From: Parcubacteria group bacterium Gr01-1014_30
GTDB lineage: Bacteria > Patescibacteriota > Minisyncoccia > Minisyncoccales > 2-12-FULL-40-12
Assembly: GCA_007376185.1 (NCBI GenBank)
Contig: VMFS01000001.1
Span: 10,768-74,767, forward strand
Length of the DNA stretch: 64,000 nt
Direction of reading: 5' to 3'
In this document: in pieces, positions 37,831-47,786 of the stretch
Numbering within the stretch: the stretch's first letter is position 1
How the letters are laid out: the number at the start of each line of letters is the position of its first letter
The notes under the pieces: model-generated
Told to the model about the DNA's origin: nothing
Seen by the model: only the letters and a program-made list of their open reading frames with translations
Databases searched by the model: none
Program-made: the position numbers and the translations under genes

Positions 37831-39279
37831 ATGAAAATCCCTGCCCAAGTAAAAGAAGTTATTAACAAATTACAGAAAAGCGACTTTGAGGCCTACGTTG
37901 TCGGCGGGTGCGTGAGGGATTTGTTGCGCGGCGTGGAACCTGGCGATTGGGATGTGGCGACTTCGGCAAAACCAGAAGAAATTCAAAAAGTATTTCCGAA
38001 AAGTTTTTATAGCAACCAATTCTTCACGGTAACAGTTCAAACTGGCGGCACCAAAGCCCAACTTAAAGAAGTGGAAGTTACGACTTTCAGGAAAGAGGCA
38101 AAATATACCGACAAAAGACACCCAGACAAAGTTGAGTTCGCCAACTCGCTTAAAGAGGACTTGGCAAGGAGAGATTTCACTATAAACGCAATAGCCGCTG
38201 ACAGTAAACTTGAAATAACCGATCCTTTCTCGGGGCAAAAAGATCTTAAAAGTAAAGTTATTCGGTCTGTTGGAAATCCGCAAGATCGCTTTAATGAAGA
38301 CGCTTTGAGAATGATGAGAGCTGTCCGGTTGGCTACGGCTTTGGGGTTCGCTATCGAGCCAAAAACGGCTGACGCAATTAAAAAAAACTCTCCCTGGCTG
38401 CAGGCGATTTCCAAGGAAAGAATCAGAGACGAATTCGTAAAAATCGTTATGACAGAAAAGGCGGCAGAGGGCGTGGAACTGTTAAGAGAGCTTGGCCTTT
38501 TAAGATATATTGTTCCAGAATTGGAAGAGGGCTACGGAGTGGGGCAAAACAAACACCACATTTACGACTGCTATCACCACAACCTTTATGCCCTAAAGTA
38601 TGCCGCTCAACAGAACTTCAGCAGAGACGTTCGTCTGGCCTCCCTACTGCACGACATAGCCAAGCCGAGGGTGAAAAAAGGAGAAGGGCCCGATTCTACT
38701 TTTTACAATCACGAGGTCGTTGGCGCCAAAATGACGGCTCAAATTTTAAGCCGCTTGAGGTTTGCCAAAAAAGACATTGAAAAAATAGCCAAGCTTGTCA
38801 GATACCATCTTTTTTACTACAATGTCGGCGAAGTAGGGACATCCTCGGTAAGACGGCTGGTAAGGCAGGTGAGCCCTGAAAATATGGAAGAGCTTTTGCA
38901 GGTGAGACAGGCAGACAGAATCGGCTCTGGAGTTCCCAAGGCAGAACCCTACAAATTGAGGCACTTAAAGTACTTGATTGAAAAAGTGAGCAAAGATCCC
39001 ATCTCTCCGAAAATGCTCAAAGTTTCTGGCAACGACGTAATGAAGGTTTTGAAAATAGGGCAAGGGCCAAGAGTGGGGCAAGTTTTGGACGTTCTGCTCG
39101 GCTATGTGCTGGAAGACCCGAAGAAAAACAAGCGGGATTTTTTGGAAAAAGAAATTGAAAAACTGGGTAAGCTATCCGACGAAAAATTAAAAAAATTATC
39201 CGAAATCTCCAGAAAAGAAAGAGAAAAACTGGAAACAAAAAGGGACAAAATGACAAAGAAGAAATATTGGGTTACTTAA
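37831..39279 (+). CDS. cca: CCA-adding enzyme/poly(A) polymerase family protein with HD domain
   Basis: VGGCVRD, DWD, RRDFTINA, EDALR..RAVR, LLHD. Confidence 0.9.
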   Translation: MKIPAQVKEVINKLQKSDFEAYVVGGCVRDLLRGVEPGDWDVATSAKPEEIQKVFPKSFYSNQFFTVTVQTGGTKAQLKEVEVTTFRKEAKYTDKRHPDKVEFANSLKEDLARRDFTINAIAADSKLEITDPFSGQKDLKSKVIRSVGNPQDRFNEDALRMMRAVRLATALGFAIEPKTADAIKKNSPWLQAISKERIRDEFVKIVMTEKAAEGVELLRELGLLRYIVPELEEGYGVGQNKHHIYDCYHHNLYALKYAAQQNFSRDVRLASLLHDIAKPRVKKGEGPDSTFYNHEVVGAKMTAQILSRLRFAKKDIEKIAKLVRYHLFYYNVGEVGTSSVRRLVRQVSPENMEELLQVRQADRIGSGVPKAEPYKLRHLKYLIEKVSKDPISPKMLKVSGNDVMKVLKIGQGPRVGQVLDVLLGYVLEDPKKNKRDFLEKEIEKLGKLSDEKLKKLSEISRKEREKLETKRDKMTKKKYWVT

Positions 39280-39296
39280 TCCGAAGGATTAAGTAA

Positions 39297-39368
39297 GGGT
39301 TCTATCATTGGGGAGTTTATATAATGAACCCAGGGGTGTCGCACCCCTCTGGAAGAGGGGGAAGGCAC
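39297..39368. other. Structured two-hairpin motif, copy B
   Basis: GGGTTC/GAACCC and GTGTC-CCCCTC/GAGGGG-GGCAC; ends 3 nt before tRNA-Pro. Confidence 0.65.
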
Positions 39369-39371
39369 ATA

Positions 39372-39442
39372 CGGGGCATAGTATACCGGCAGTACACACC
39401 CTTCGGGAGGGTGAAGATTGAGTTCAATTCTCAATGCCCCGA
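39372..39442 (+). tRNA. tRNA-Pro(CGG)
   Basis: CGGGGCA/TGCCCCG-A, anticodon loop TTCGGGA; CCA not encoded. Confidence 0.9.
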
Positions 39443-39443
39443 C

Positions 39444-39517
39444 GGGCCATTAGTATAGTGGCAATACACCGCATTCGCATTGCGGAGACGTGAGTTCGAT
39501 TCTCACATGGTCCACCA
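39444..39517 (+). tRNA. tRNA-Ala(CGC)
   Basis: GGGCCAT/ATGGTCC-ACCA with G3:U70, anticodon loop TTCGCAT. Confidence 0.92.
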
Positions 39518-39669
39518 TTTCAGATTTGGGTCGGAAGTTGCCTCGCGGAGTTTATCCCGCACCGAGCTTGCTCTGGTGCGGGGCTCGGCGACCAAATCAT
39601 AAGGTTTTCTGGGCGAAAAAACCAGTTGGCGATTCTGTTTTTGGGAAAAGAAAATTTTTAATCATATAT

Positions 39670-40185
39670 ATGCAAGAAAATTTTTACGATATTTTACCGT
39701 ATATAGTTCTAGTTTTGGTTATTATATCTTTCATAGAGAATCGTAATCGTATTATAGAAAAAGAAAAGGCATATACTTTTTTCAAACAAACAAAAAAGTT
39801 TTTTGTACTTTTCGCAGTCATTCAAAGTTCAATACTCTTATATCTACACTTTTTTGTATATCCGACACTCAACAATGCTTTTAGTGAATCTAATTCTACT
39901 TCTTTTCTTCTAAAAATCAGTCCTTACTCAACTTTTGTCATTATTCCCATTGTAATTGCTGTTACTCTCTTTGCTTATTTTTCAAAATCCATTGCGCAGG
40001 AGTTTGAAGAAAACCTAAAAAAGCATAAAGATGATGTAAAGATTAAGATTAGTGATCTAACCACTGGAAAACTTAAATTATTAATTAATTTAGTAATGTA
40101 CTTACCTCTTTTTGTCATAGTACTTTTTGTGCTTATACCTGGTTTCCAACTAATTTCAGTTGCATCAAATTGGCGGTTAAAGTAA
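39670..40185 (+). CDS. AT-rich membrane protein (cargo)
   Basis: Probable start MQENF at 39670; about 4 TMs. Confidence 0.65.
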   Translation: MQENFYDILPYIVLVLVIISFIENRNRIIEKEKAYTFFKQTKKFFVLFAVIQSSILLYLHFFVYPTLNNAFSESNSTSFLLKISPYSTFVIIPIVIAVTLFAYFSKSIAQEFEENLKKHKDDVKIKISDLTTGKLKLLINLVMYLPLFVIVLFVLIPGFQLISVASNWRLK

Positions 40186-40189
40186 TTAT

Positions 40190-40597
40190 ATGAAAAAATT
40201 GATACTTAAATATCCTTTGGCTACTTGGATGAGTATAGGATACTTAATTTTTATCGCGATCTTATTTATCGGCATTTTTCTAAACCGTTTTGCTGTATTT
40301 GGTGAATTTGGAGACGCACTTAGTATGACATTTTTCCTTTGGCCATATCCATTAGTCCTAGCTTTGCAAACTTGGATAAATCCTAGTGGTATCAATTTTT
40401 TGTTATTTGCATATCCTCTTGGGCTTGGCTTGGTCATTTTTTTCGGATTTTACTTACAACGACTGCTTAAAATTTCTAATGAGTCACCGTATTCTCATGT
40501 GTGGTCAATTTTGTTATTTCCCATTCCTTTAATACTATTGCAGGTTTTTGTTGCTGGGTTTGTATATTTTGTTTTGGGTTTACCGATTGGGGAGTAA
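40190..40597 (+). CDS. AT-rich membrane protein (cargo)
   Basis: Hydrophobic 135-aa ORF, tightly packed. Confidence 0.65.
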   Translation: MKKLILKYPLATWMSIGYLIFIAILFIGIFLNRFAVFGEFGDALSMTFFLWPYPLVLALQTWINPSGINFLLFAYPLGLGLVIFFGFYLQRLLKISNESPYSHVWSILLFPIPLILLQVFVAGFVYFVLGLPIGE

Positions 40598-40630
40598 TTT
40601 TTTAATCATGGCCTGTCACCTTTAACTATT

Positions 40631-40975
40631 ATGGAAGACACACCAAGTAATAACCAAAATCAACAATATTCTTCAAAGCCGGGAAAGATTCTTGCATATC
40701 TTTTTCTTAGTGCTTCAGTGGTAGTTTCTGGTTTGTTCTTTTTTAGTAAATGGGCAATTAACGCAGAATCATTTGGAAAATATGATCTGGGCTATGGGAT
40801 ATTTTTTTCATTTGTTTTTGCTTCTCTCATTTATGTCTCCTTGGGACTTGCCTTTCTTAGTTTTCTGGCAGCGCTGATAAATTTTTTCCGCCATCGCCCA
40901 GTTCGAATATATCTTTTGAGCATGGTTCTTGCATTGTTACCGATGGGCTATCTATTTTTGATTGATATAATATAG
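40631..40975 (+). CDS. AT-rich membrane protein (cargo)
   Basis: About 3 TMs, 114 aa. Confidence 0.65.
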   Translation: MEDTPSNNQNQQYSSKPGKILAYLFLSASVVVSGLFFFSKWAINAESFGKYDLGYGIFFSFVFASLIYVSLGLAFLSFLAALINFFRHRPVRIYLLSMVLALLPMGYLFLIDII

Positions 40976-42055
40976 GGATAAGTATTTTGCCGCCAAAGAA
41001 AAACTTGAAATTGTCCTCAGTAGTAGAAGCTACGCTTCACTACGGGTCAGGCATTAGCGCGGCGGAGCCGCAACTTCGGAATTTCGCGGGAGGCTTTCCT
41101 CGCCGCCTGCGGCGGCGAAAACCGTCCGAACTATTTCAAGAATAGACCATAAGAGTTATCCACATTGAACCCACAGACCTTCAGAAGGCCGCATAAAATC
41201 TATATTTTCAAGGCCCTCTCAATCCCCGAGACGAGCCTGATTTTCGGGAACTAGACCCCTGGGGATAAGTTGAACCGGTGACGCTGGTCAGGTATCGGCT
41301 GATTGTGAAGTACATTGAGGCGATGCGCGACTGGGAGTTGTGCCCTTGTTGAATTCTGACGCCGTGCTATTCTCAAAGTAGTGAATGAAGGACTTCTGGG
41401 CGCCCCACAGATGATCACTTGTATCGTCATGTCAGCGAACGGTGGCCCTAGGCCAAGCTTGCCAACATCCGTTTGTTTGGTGCTACGAGGTGCGCGATCT
41501 CCTTCGAAGCGTCCCTGATACAACATATGTCCAAACGAGCTCTAAAGATCTCACTAATCGTCCTTATCGTTGCGGCCGCAGCCACAGTGATCTTGATGAC
41601 CAGGACCGAGAAGCCTCTCGAGTCGCCGCCGGATTCCAAAGATCTCATCCGAGATTCCTCTGTCACCGACTCAAACCGCACCGTTTCAAATCGTCAGGCT
41701 GACCTGTCAGTCCGCAATGAGGACGCTATATCGCGCTCACGTGGTCTCCTGAGGAAAGCGCAATTGAATATGCTGTTTCCGCGCTCTCTCGATAGACGGT
41801 CCCTGGGAGGAGCTCTTTCGGAGGCCTGGCGCTCGACCCAATAGTGTCGATTTCACGCCGGAAGCCACCGAGCGAGAGCTGTGTTATAAGGTCGAGGGTC
41901 TAGATGCGAGCGGCAAGATGATTCGCGGTTACGAACCAGTCTGTGTGCCGCCATTCGTGGGAAGCCACAGCCATGAGGAGTAAAGTGAGTTCTGACTTTT
42001 TCAAGCAAACACCACAATAATTATAAAACTAAAAGAATCAGACAAAAAATTTCTG

Positions 42056-43204
42056 GTGAGAGATTTACCGGCAGAGGATTTGGAAATCATAAAATCTGAC
42101 GGCAATTTTTTGTTTGATTCCAAAAGCAAAAAATACATAGACTTTTTGATGGGCTGGTGCGTTGGAAATATCGGCTGGAACAACAAGGAAGTAAAAAAGA
42201 GGCTCAGCCAGTACAAGGGGCCTGATTATGTAAATCCTGCCTTTTTGTATAAATCGTGGGCGGAATTAGCGGAGCTCCTGGCAAAAATTACGCCCGGAAA
42301 ATTGCAAAAGAGTTTTCGCGCCACCGGCGGCACCGAAGCTGTGGAAATTGCGCTCCAAGCGGCAATGTCGCACACAAAGAGACATAAATTTATATCTATA
42401 GAAGGCAGTTATCACGGCCATTCAATTGGCGCCATGAGCGTTGGTTCTTCTGATTTTCGCAGTTGGTACAGCAACCTTCTGCCCGATTGCTACAAATTAG
42501 AACCGCCGCTTGACGAGAAAGCGGCAGATAAGCTTGAGGAACTTCTTAGAAAAGGCGGCATCGCCGCCCTGATTATGGAGCCGGTAATTTGCAACTTAGG
42601 CGTAGAAATTCCAACAGCGGAGTTTATGAATCGCGCCAAAGACCTATGTAAGCAATATGGCGCACTTCTCATTATGGACGAGGTGGCCACCGGTTTTGGC
42701 AGAACAGGAAAACTTTTTGCGTCAGAACACTATGGAATTGAACCGGATGTTATGTGTTTGGCAAAAGGTATCACGGGTGGATATGGCGGGTTGGGCGCTA
42801 CCATTGCAATAGAGGAGGTTGCAAAATCTATGGAGTACGAATTTAGTTTTTATTCAACATATGGCTGGCACCCCTTAAGCGTAGAGGCGGCTATTGCAAA
42901 TATCAAATATATTGTGAAGCACAAAAAGCAGTTGGAGAAAAACACAAATGAGATGAGTAAATATTTTGTTGAGCGCCTTTCACGAATGAAATTCAAATAT
43001 CCCGCAAAAATTCGCGCAAAGGGTTTGGCAATCGGTGTGGAATTTGAGCGAGCCGGATATGCCAATGAGATCATGAAAAGAGCTCAAGAGAAAGGTGTTT
43101 TGTTCTCGCCTTTAAGCGACAAAATATTTACTCTATTCCCTGCTTTGAATATTGACCATGAAACCGCTCGGAAAGGACTAAATATTATTGAAGAATGTCT
43201 GTAA
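42056..43204 (+). CDS. Class III PLP-dependent aminotransferase
   Basis: GGTEAVE, SYHG, MEPV, DEVATGFGRTG, LAKGITGG; start uncertain. Confidence 0.92.
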   Translation: MRDLPAEDLEIIKSDGNFLFDSKSKKYIDFLMGWCVGNIGWNNKEVKKRLSQYKGPDYVNPAFLYKSWAELAELLAKITPGKLQKSFRATGGTEAVEIALQAAMSHTKRHKFISIEGSYHGHSIGAMSVGSSDFRSWYSNLLPDCYKLEPPLDEKAADKLEELLRKGGIAALIMEPVICNLGVEIPTAEFMNRAKDLCKQYGALLIMDEVATGFGRTGKLFASEHYGIEPDVMCLAKGITGGYGGLGATIAIEEVAKSMEYEFSFYSTYGWHPLSVEAAIANIKYIVKHKKQLEKNTNEMSKYFVERLSRMKFKYPAKIRAKGLAIGVEFERAGYANEIMKRAQEKGVLFSPLSDKIFTLFPALNIDHETARKGLNIIEECL

Positions 43205-43271
43205 ATCTTTGGCGTCAAAAAATTTGGCCAAAGCACTTGTTGGTTTCGGCTGATGAGTTATTGAAATAAAT

Positions 43272-44189
43272 ATGAAAAAAATAATATTTTCAATACTGAT
43301 AATCGCACTGGTATTTTTTGTACTGATAGTTATCGGGGAAAATAGGTTTGAAAATCCGATAATGGTTTTGGACGATGTTGATTCAAGCCCAGTTCCCGGA
43401 GAACCGGGACTCGCCAGAGTAAATGAGTCGGGCTGGTCGGTTCCTGTAAAGCTCGGATTCAATGACATCGGCTGGGAAGATTCAAGCTATATAACCAAGG
43501 ACGGTAGATATGTTTTGTTTTTTTACCATCCGACTCCGAGCCAGTTTGACGAGGAGGCAAAAAAAGCCACCGGCGTAAATGACGGAAGAATCTATTTTAG
43601 TAAAAGGCCGTTCACCACAAAGGAACTTCATCCTGCTTCCAAGCCAGGCTTTCCTTCGGACGGCGGACCCTACATAGCCCAGAACGGCGATTTTTATTAT
43701 ATGAGCATCGGGATTTTTAAACCGCTTAGAATAGTGAAAAATGGAAAGAGGTTGAACTTGGGTACCGGAGATGAAGAAAGTAATCCGCACTATTGTGATG
43801 CCGAAGATGAATTATATTTCGATTCCCCGGACGGCCAAAGAATAGCGGTTCATAAAAACGGCGAAACCACGTTTTTACCTGAACCGATAAACGTACCCGG
43901 CACTCAAAATTTTCAGGCTTTTGTCGCCGACGATTGCCAGACGATGTATTTTACTTCAACAAGGGACGCCAGTGAGGGGATACTTCCTTTACAGGTTTAT
44001 AAATCACAGAGACTCGGGGAATTTAAATGGAGCCAGCCGCAGCTGTTTCTGATTTATCCCGGAACAGGAGGGGTGGGAGAATTTTCAATGACAAGGGACG
44101 GCAATCAAATAGTGTTCACTCAAATGGCCCGCGATGCAGACGGAGTTTTTAGAAATAATATATATTATGCCGAGAGAGTCAGAAATTAA
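43272..44189 (+). CDS. Exported protein with PD40/TolB-like repeats
   Basis: N-terminal anchor; repeats such as SYITKDGRYVLF, ADDCQTMYFTSTR, SMTRDGNQIVF. Confidence 0.65.
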   Translation: MKKIIFSILIIALVFFVLIVIGENRFENPIMVLDDVDSSPVPGEPGLARVNESGWSVPVKLGFNDIGWEDSSYITKDGRYVLFFYHPTPSQFDEEAKKATGVNDGRIYFSKRPFTTKELHPASKPGFPSDGGPYIAQNGDFYYMSIGIFKPLRIVKNGKRLNLGTGDEESNPHYCDAEDELYFDSPDGQRIAVHKNGETTFLPEPINVPGTQNFQAFVADDCQTMYFTSTRDASEGILPLQVYKSQRLGEFKWSQPQLFLIYPGTGGVGEFSMTRDGNQIVFTQMARDADGVFRNNIYYAERVRN

Positions 44190-44324
44190 TTTATTAGGAG
44201 GGGAATCTTTTATCCATGCGCGTCGTGTTGATGTTGCCGAACTCGAAACGATTGGTGTGAAGGTGAAAAAGTTTACCGTGACAAACAGAAAAAATGATAT
44301 AATATCAACGAGATAACAAAAAAT

Positions 44325-45023
44325 ATGAAATACATTAAACAAGTCATCACAAAGAAAAACTTGCTTTTTATCGCGATTTTTGCTCTCATCGGCTTTGCCG
44401 CGCTGCAAATTCCGGTGGCGCAACTGGAAGGATCCAAGGCAAAGTTCACGGTCTATGACGCTTTTGCTCCCATAGCCGGAGCTTTTATAGGGAGCGTGCC
44501 AGGAGTTATCGCTGTCTTTTTAATGCAGTTTTTCAATTTTCTAGTTAAAGGAGCGCAAATAGCTGATGCAGGCACAATCATCAGGTTCTTTCCAATGCTT
44601 TTTGCCGTGCTCTACTTTGCCAAAAAAGGATGGCTTAACCTTGCCGTTCCGTTAATAGCGGCCGTAGCTTTCATAGCTAATCCTACAGGCCGCGAAGTTT
44701 GGTACTTTACGCTGTTTTGGACAATTCCGATAATTGTTTACTTTCTGCGCGACAGATTTTTGTTTGCCCGGGCCCTGGGCGCCACATTTTCAGCTCATGC
44801 TGTGGGCGGCGCCCTGTGGATTTGGACTTTCGCGCTTCCTGCTTCGGTTTGGCAAGGGTTAATACCGGTCGTCGCCACGGAACGCTTGCTATTTGCTGTT
44901 GGAATCAGCGTATCGTTCGTTCTTGTGAACAACCTTCTCTGTTTTTTGGAGAAAAAAGGCCTATTGCGTTTGGGCTTTAAAATTGACCAGAAATACCTTG
45001 CGCCTGTCTTGCGCAGCAGCTAA
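44325..45023 (+). CDS. Polytopic membrane protein (ECF S-component-like)
   Basis: About 7 TMs, APIAGAFIG..PG pattern. Confidence 0.55.
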   Translation: MKYIKQVITKKNLLFIAIFALIGFAALQIPVAQLEGSKAKFTVYDAFAPIAGAFIGSVPGVIAVFLMQFFNFLVKGAQIADAGTIIRFFPMLFAVLYFAKKGWLNLAVPLIAAVAFIANPTGREVWYFTLFWTIPIIVYFLRDRFLFARALGATFSAHAVGGALWIWTFALPASVWQGLIPVVATERLLFAVGISVSFVLVNNLLCFLEKKGLLRLGFKIDQKYLAPVLRSS

Positions 45024-45074
45024 AACAACTACCTAATACCTAACGCCCCCAATTGAGGGGAAGTTAAAAGTATT

Positions 45075-45683
45075 ATGAAAACAGTTTCAGGATCTAATAA
45101 GTCAAATTCTGATACCAACGAAAGTATTTCAGAGCAAAGCTCTACTTTAAGCGGCTTTAAGAATTGGAGACTAAAACACCCTATTTTATGGGCGGTTATA
45201 CTATCTGTGGCATTAATATTTATTACGAGATATATTGTCTATAATATTCCAGAGCTGGATTTACTCTATAGGATTACTCTATGGTTTATTGCGCCTATCC
45301 TTGTATTCGGTGCAATATATAAGCATTTGGCAAAAAGGCCTAAAGATATAGCAACTGACAGCTTAGAGGATGTCAATAGAATAAATAGAAAGCAGGCAAT
45401 TTTACTTCTTTTGCTACTTGCGTTAGAAATGCCATTGTTGCTTCTAAATTTATACGTGTTTATTGGTAACAAAGGCAGTATTTATGGAGATTATGGCGTT
45501 TTAACGTTTATATTCGGACTTACTTTATTTATGCCTAGTCTAATAGCCTTTATTATATTTCTACTCGGATATATAAAAGGAACTTTTAGACATTGGCAAC
45601 AACTAAGCAAGTATAATAGAGCGAGTTTCTTTATATTCTTATTTCAGTTCGTATTGTATTTAAAATTTCTAAACTATTTTTAA
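45075..45683 (+). CDS. AT-rich membrane protein
   Basis: About 5 TMs, low GC. Confidence 0.6.
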   Translation: MKTVSGSNKSNSDTNESISEQSSTLSGFKNWRLKHPILWAVILSVALIFITRYIVYNIPELDLLYRITLWFIAPILVFGAIYKHLAKRPKDIATDSLEDVNRINRKQAILLLLLLALEMPLLLLNLYVFIGNKGSIYGDYGVLTFIFGLTLFMPSLIAFIIFLLGYIKGTFRHWQQLSKYNRASFFIFLFQFVLYLKFLNYF

Positions 45684-45684
45684 G

Positions 45685-46635
45685 ATGGATAAAGCGGCTT
45701 TCGTTGTATTAATAATTGTAACCGCCCTTTTAGGAGGAGGCATTATTTACTTTCACATAATTAGCAATACTCCCGCAGAAGATTTAATGGGTGTTGATTC
45801 AAATAATAATGGCGTAAGAGATGATGTTGAAGACTATATCAATAGTAAATTTTCAAAACCAGAAGAAGGGGAGGCATTAATGCAGTATGCCAAAAGGCTT
45901 CAACTACAAATGGCCTCTTATCAAAACCCTGAAGAATCTAACAGATTGAGAGTATCGTCTGATGATAGTTATATTGATTGCGCTGAATATATTTTTGGTC
46001 AAGATAGGGCATTTGATTTAACAGATGAGATAAATGAGGTTGTTATTAATACCCCAAGCAGGCAAAGAGCTTATGACCAATTTAATAGAAATCTTACTGG
46101 TGGGGTATTTGGTCTAGGAGAAGAGCCATCTATAAGTGATTGCGAATTCTACAATGACTTGATTGATGATTGGAAGCTTTATCGTAACGAGGAATATGGC
46201 TTTGAGTTTAAATATCCCGAACTGGGATTAAACCCAGCCGAGATTAATCAAGTCGGAAGCATGATAGAAGTTAAGTACTGGAGCGAACAACTAGATGAAC
46301 ACAGCCTCGTCTATACTATTTCTATAACAGAAAATGAGCAGGGTTTGGATCTATTTAACTGGTATACAACTAATATTGACCCGGAACGCATAGTCTACAA
46401 AAATTTAAATATTGATATTATACGGTTAAAGAGTGGCGCTGAAATGTATAAAATAAATACAAAAACGAAGCCAATTCCTAATGAATACCTAGATAAATAT
46501 GGGCCCATAGACGCTTTGGCCTATATTATGACTCCTGATGAGCGGTTTGTGTTAACAATATCTGGAAACCAAGAGACAGGCCTTAGCGATAAGGATCTAG
46601 ATCTAATTGTTTCAACCCTCAAATTCATTAAATAA
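45685..46635 (+). CDS. Membrane-anchored protein with GVDSNNNGVRDD motif and PsbP-like C-terminal domain
   Basis: N-terminal TM; WKLYRNEEYGFEFKYP...STLKF. Confidence 0.65.
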   Translation: MDKAAFVVLIIVTALLGGGIIYFHIISNTPAEDLMGVDSNNNGVRDDVEDYINSKFSKPEEGEALMQYAKRLQLQMASYQNPEESNRLRVSSDDSYIDCAEYIFGQDRAFDLTDEINEVVINTPSRQRAYDQFNRNLTGGVFGLGEEPSISDCEFYNDLIDDWKLYRNEEYGFEFKYPELGLNPAEINQVGSMIEVKYWSEQLDEHSLVYTISITENEQGLDLFNWYTTNIDPERIVYKNLNIDIIRLKSGAEMYKINTKTKPIPNEYLDKYGPIDALAYIMTPDERFVLTISGNQETGLSDKDLDLIVSTLKFIK

Positions 46636-46784
46636 CTTTGCATTTTGATTTGTCACTTTGACTTTTAATTTTTGAATTTTCACAAAACTCTCTCAACACT
46701 TAATCTTATAGACAACATCTAAGTCTAAATCTCTTTTGCCCACTAGCTTGCCCTATTCGGTTTTTAGTGGTAGTTTTTATATAT

Positions 46785-47771
46785 ATGGAACAAATGGAAC
46801 AAACAAAAAAAACCGGCTTGCCCGCCGAAACTTCAGCGAAGGTGGGGCCAAAAGACGTGCTTTTGCATATCTTCGTCATTATCGCGCTATATACCAGCAT
46901 GATATCTTTGAGCGCGGTTTTGTTTGGACTGATAAACTTTTACTTTCCAGACCCTCTTTGGGAATATGGACGCTATTTACGAGACGCTTTAAGATGGCCC
47001 TTAGCCGTTCTTACGGTGATGTTTCCCCTGTACCTCTGGGCAAATATTTTTTTGCAAAAAGACGTAGTGCAATATCCTGAAAAAAAGACCCTAAAAACCA
47101 GAAGGTGGCTGCTCTACATCACTCTTTTAATCGCGGTCTTGGTGATAGCGGGAGATTTAATAGCCATAATTTTCAGATACCTCCAGGGAGAATTTACCAT
47201 AAGATTCTTCCTTAAAGCGGTGGCAGTGTTTTTGGTAGCGTCTTCGATTTTCCTATACTACGGTTGGAACGTACGCAAAGAAATTTCGGCGACCAAGGAC
47301 AAAAGAATGAATGTTTTTGTCAAAGGCGCGATTTTGCTGGCAATTGTGTCCATTGCTTTTGGCTATTTTACAACCGGCTCTCCGCAATCAGAAAGAATGC
47401 GCCGCTTTGACGAAAAAAGAGTTTCCGACCTTCAGCAAATCCAATATCAAATTATTGAGTTTTGGAGAGCTAAAAGAATACTACCCGCGTCTTTGGCGAA
47501 TCTAAGAGACGAATTGCGGGGCTTCATTCCGCCCAAAGACCCTGAAACAGGCAAGGAGTATGAATACAGAATAACTGGAGAGTTGTCTTTTGAACTCTGC
47601 GCCGATTTTAAAACGTCCAGCGAACAAGGCTTAAAAAACGCTGTCCCCGCCTATCGCCAACCTGTTGAAATGTTTCCAGGAGAAACCTGGCCTCATTCAC
47701 AAGGCATAGAGTGTTTCCAAAGAACCATAGACCCTGCATTTTACCCGCCTTTAGGTAAGACGATAGAGTGA
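46785..47771 (+). CDS. DUF5671-like membrane protein
   Basis: RRWLLYITL...GDLI....YLQGE.T.RF.LK, DEKRVSDLQ, DPETG..YEY, FELCADF. Confidence 0.75.
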   Translation: MEQMEQTKKTGLPAETSAKVGPKDVLLHIFVIIALYTSMISLSAVLFGLINFYFPDPLWEYGRYLRDALRWPLAVLTVMFPLYLWANIFLQKDVVQYPEKKTLKTRRWLLYITLLIAVLVIAGDLIAIIFRYLQGEFTIRFFLKAVAVFLVASSIFLYYGWNVRKEISATKDKRMNVFVKGAILLAIVSIAFGYFTTGSPQSERMRRFDEKRVSDLQQIQYQIIEFWRAKRILPASLANLRDELRGFIPPKDPETGKEYEYRITGELSFELCADFKTSSEQGLKNAVPAYRQPVEMFPGETWPHSQGIECFQRTIDPAFYPPLGKTIE

Positions 47772-47786
47772 ACAAAAAAGAGTTTT

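Larger units (their letters stand above)
39514..41150 (+). mobile_element. Putative non-autonomous integrative mini-element at the tRNA-Ala 3' end
   Basis: ACCAT at 39514-39518 and 41146-41150; ends homologous to 9859-10971. Confidence 0.7.

Noticed and set aside
39297..39370. Group II intron domains V/VI or an HDV-like tRNA-associated ribozyme
   Set aside because: No AGC/CGC triad with a GNRA-capped D5, and the motif lies 5' rather than 3' of the tRNA; kept as an unknown motif.
41156..41164. DnaA box TTATCCACA as a replication origin
   Set aside because: Single box with no cluster and no dnaA/dnaN nearby.
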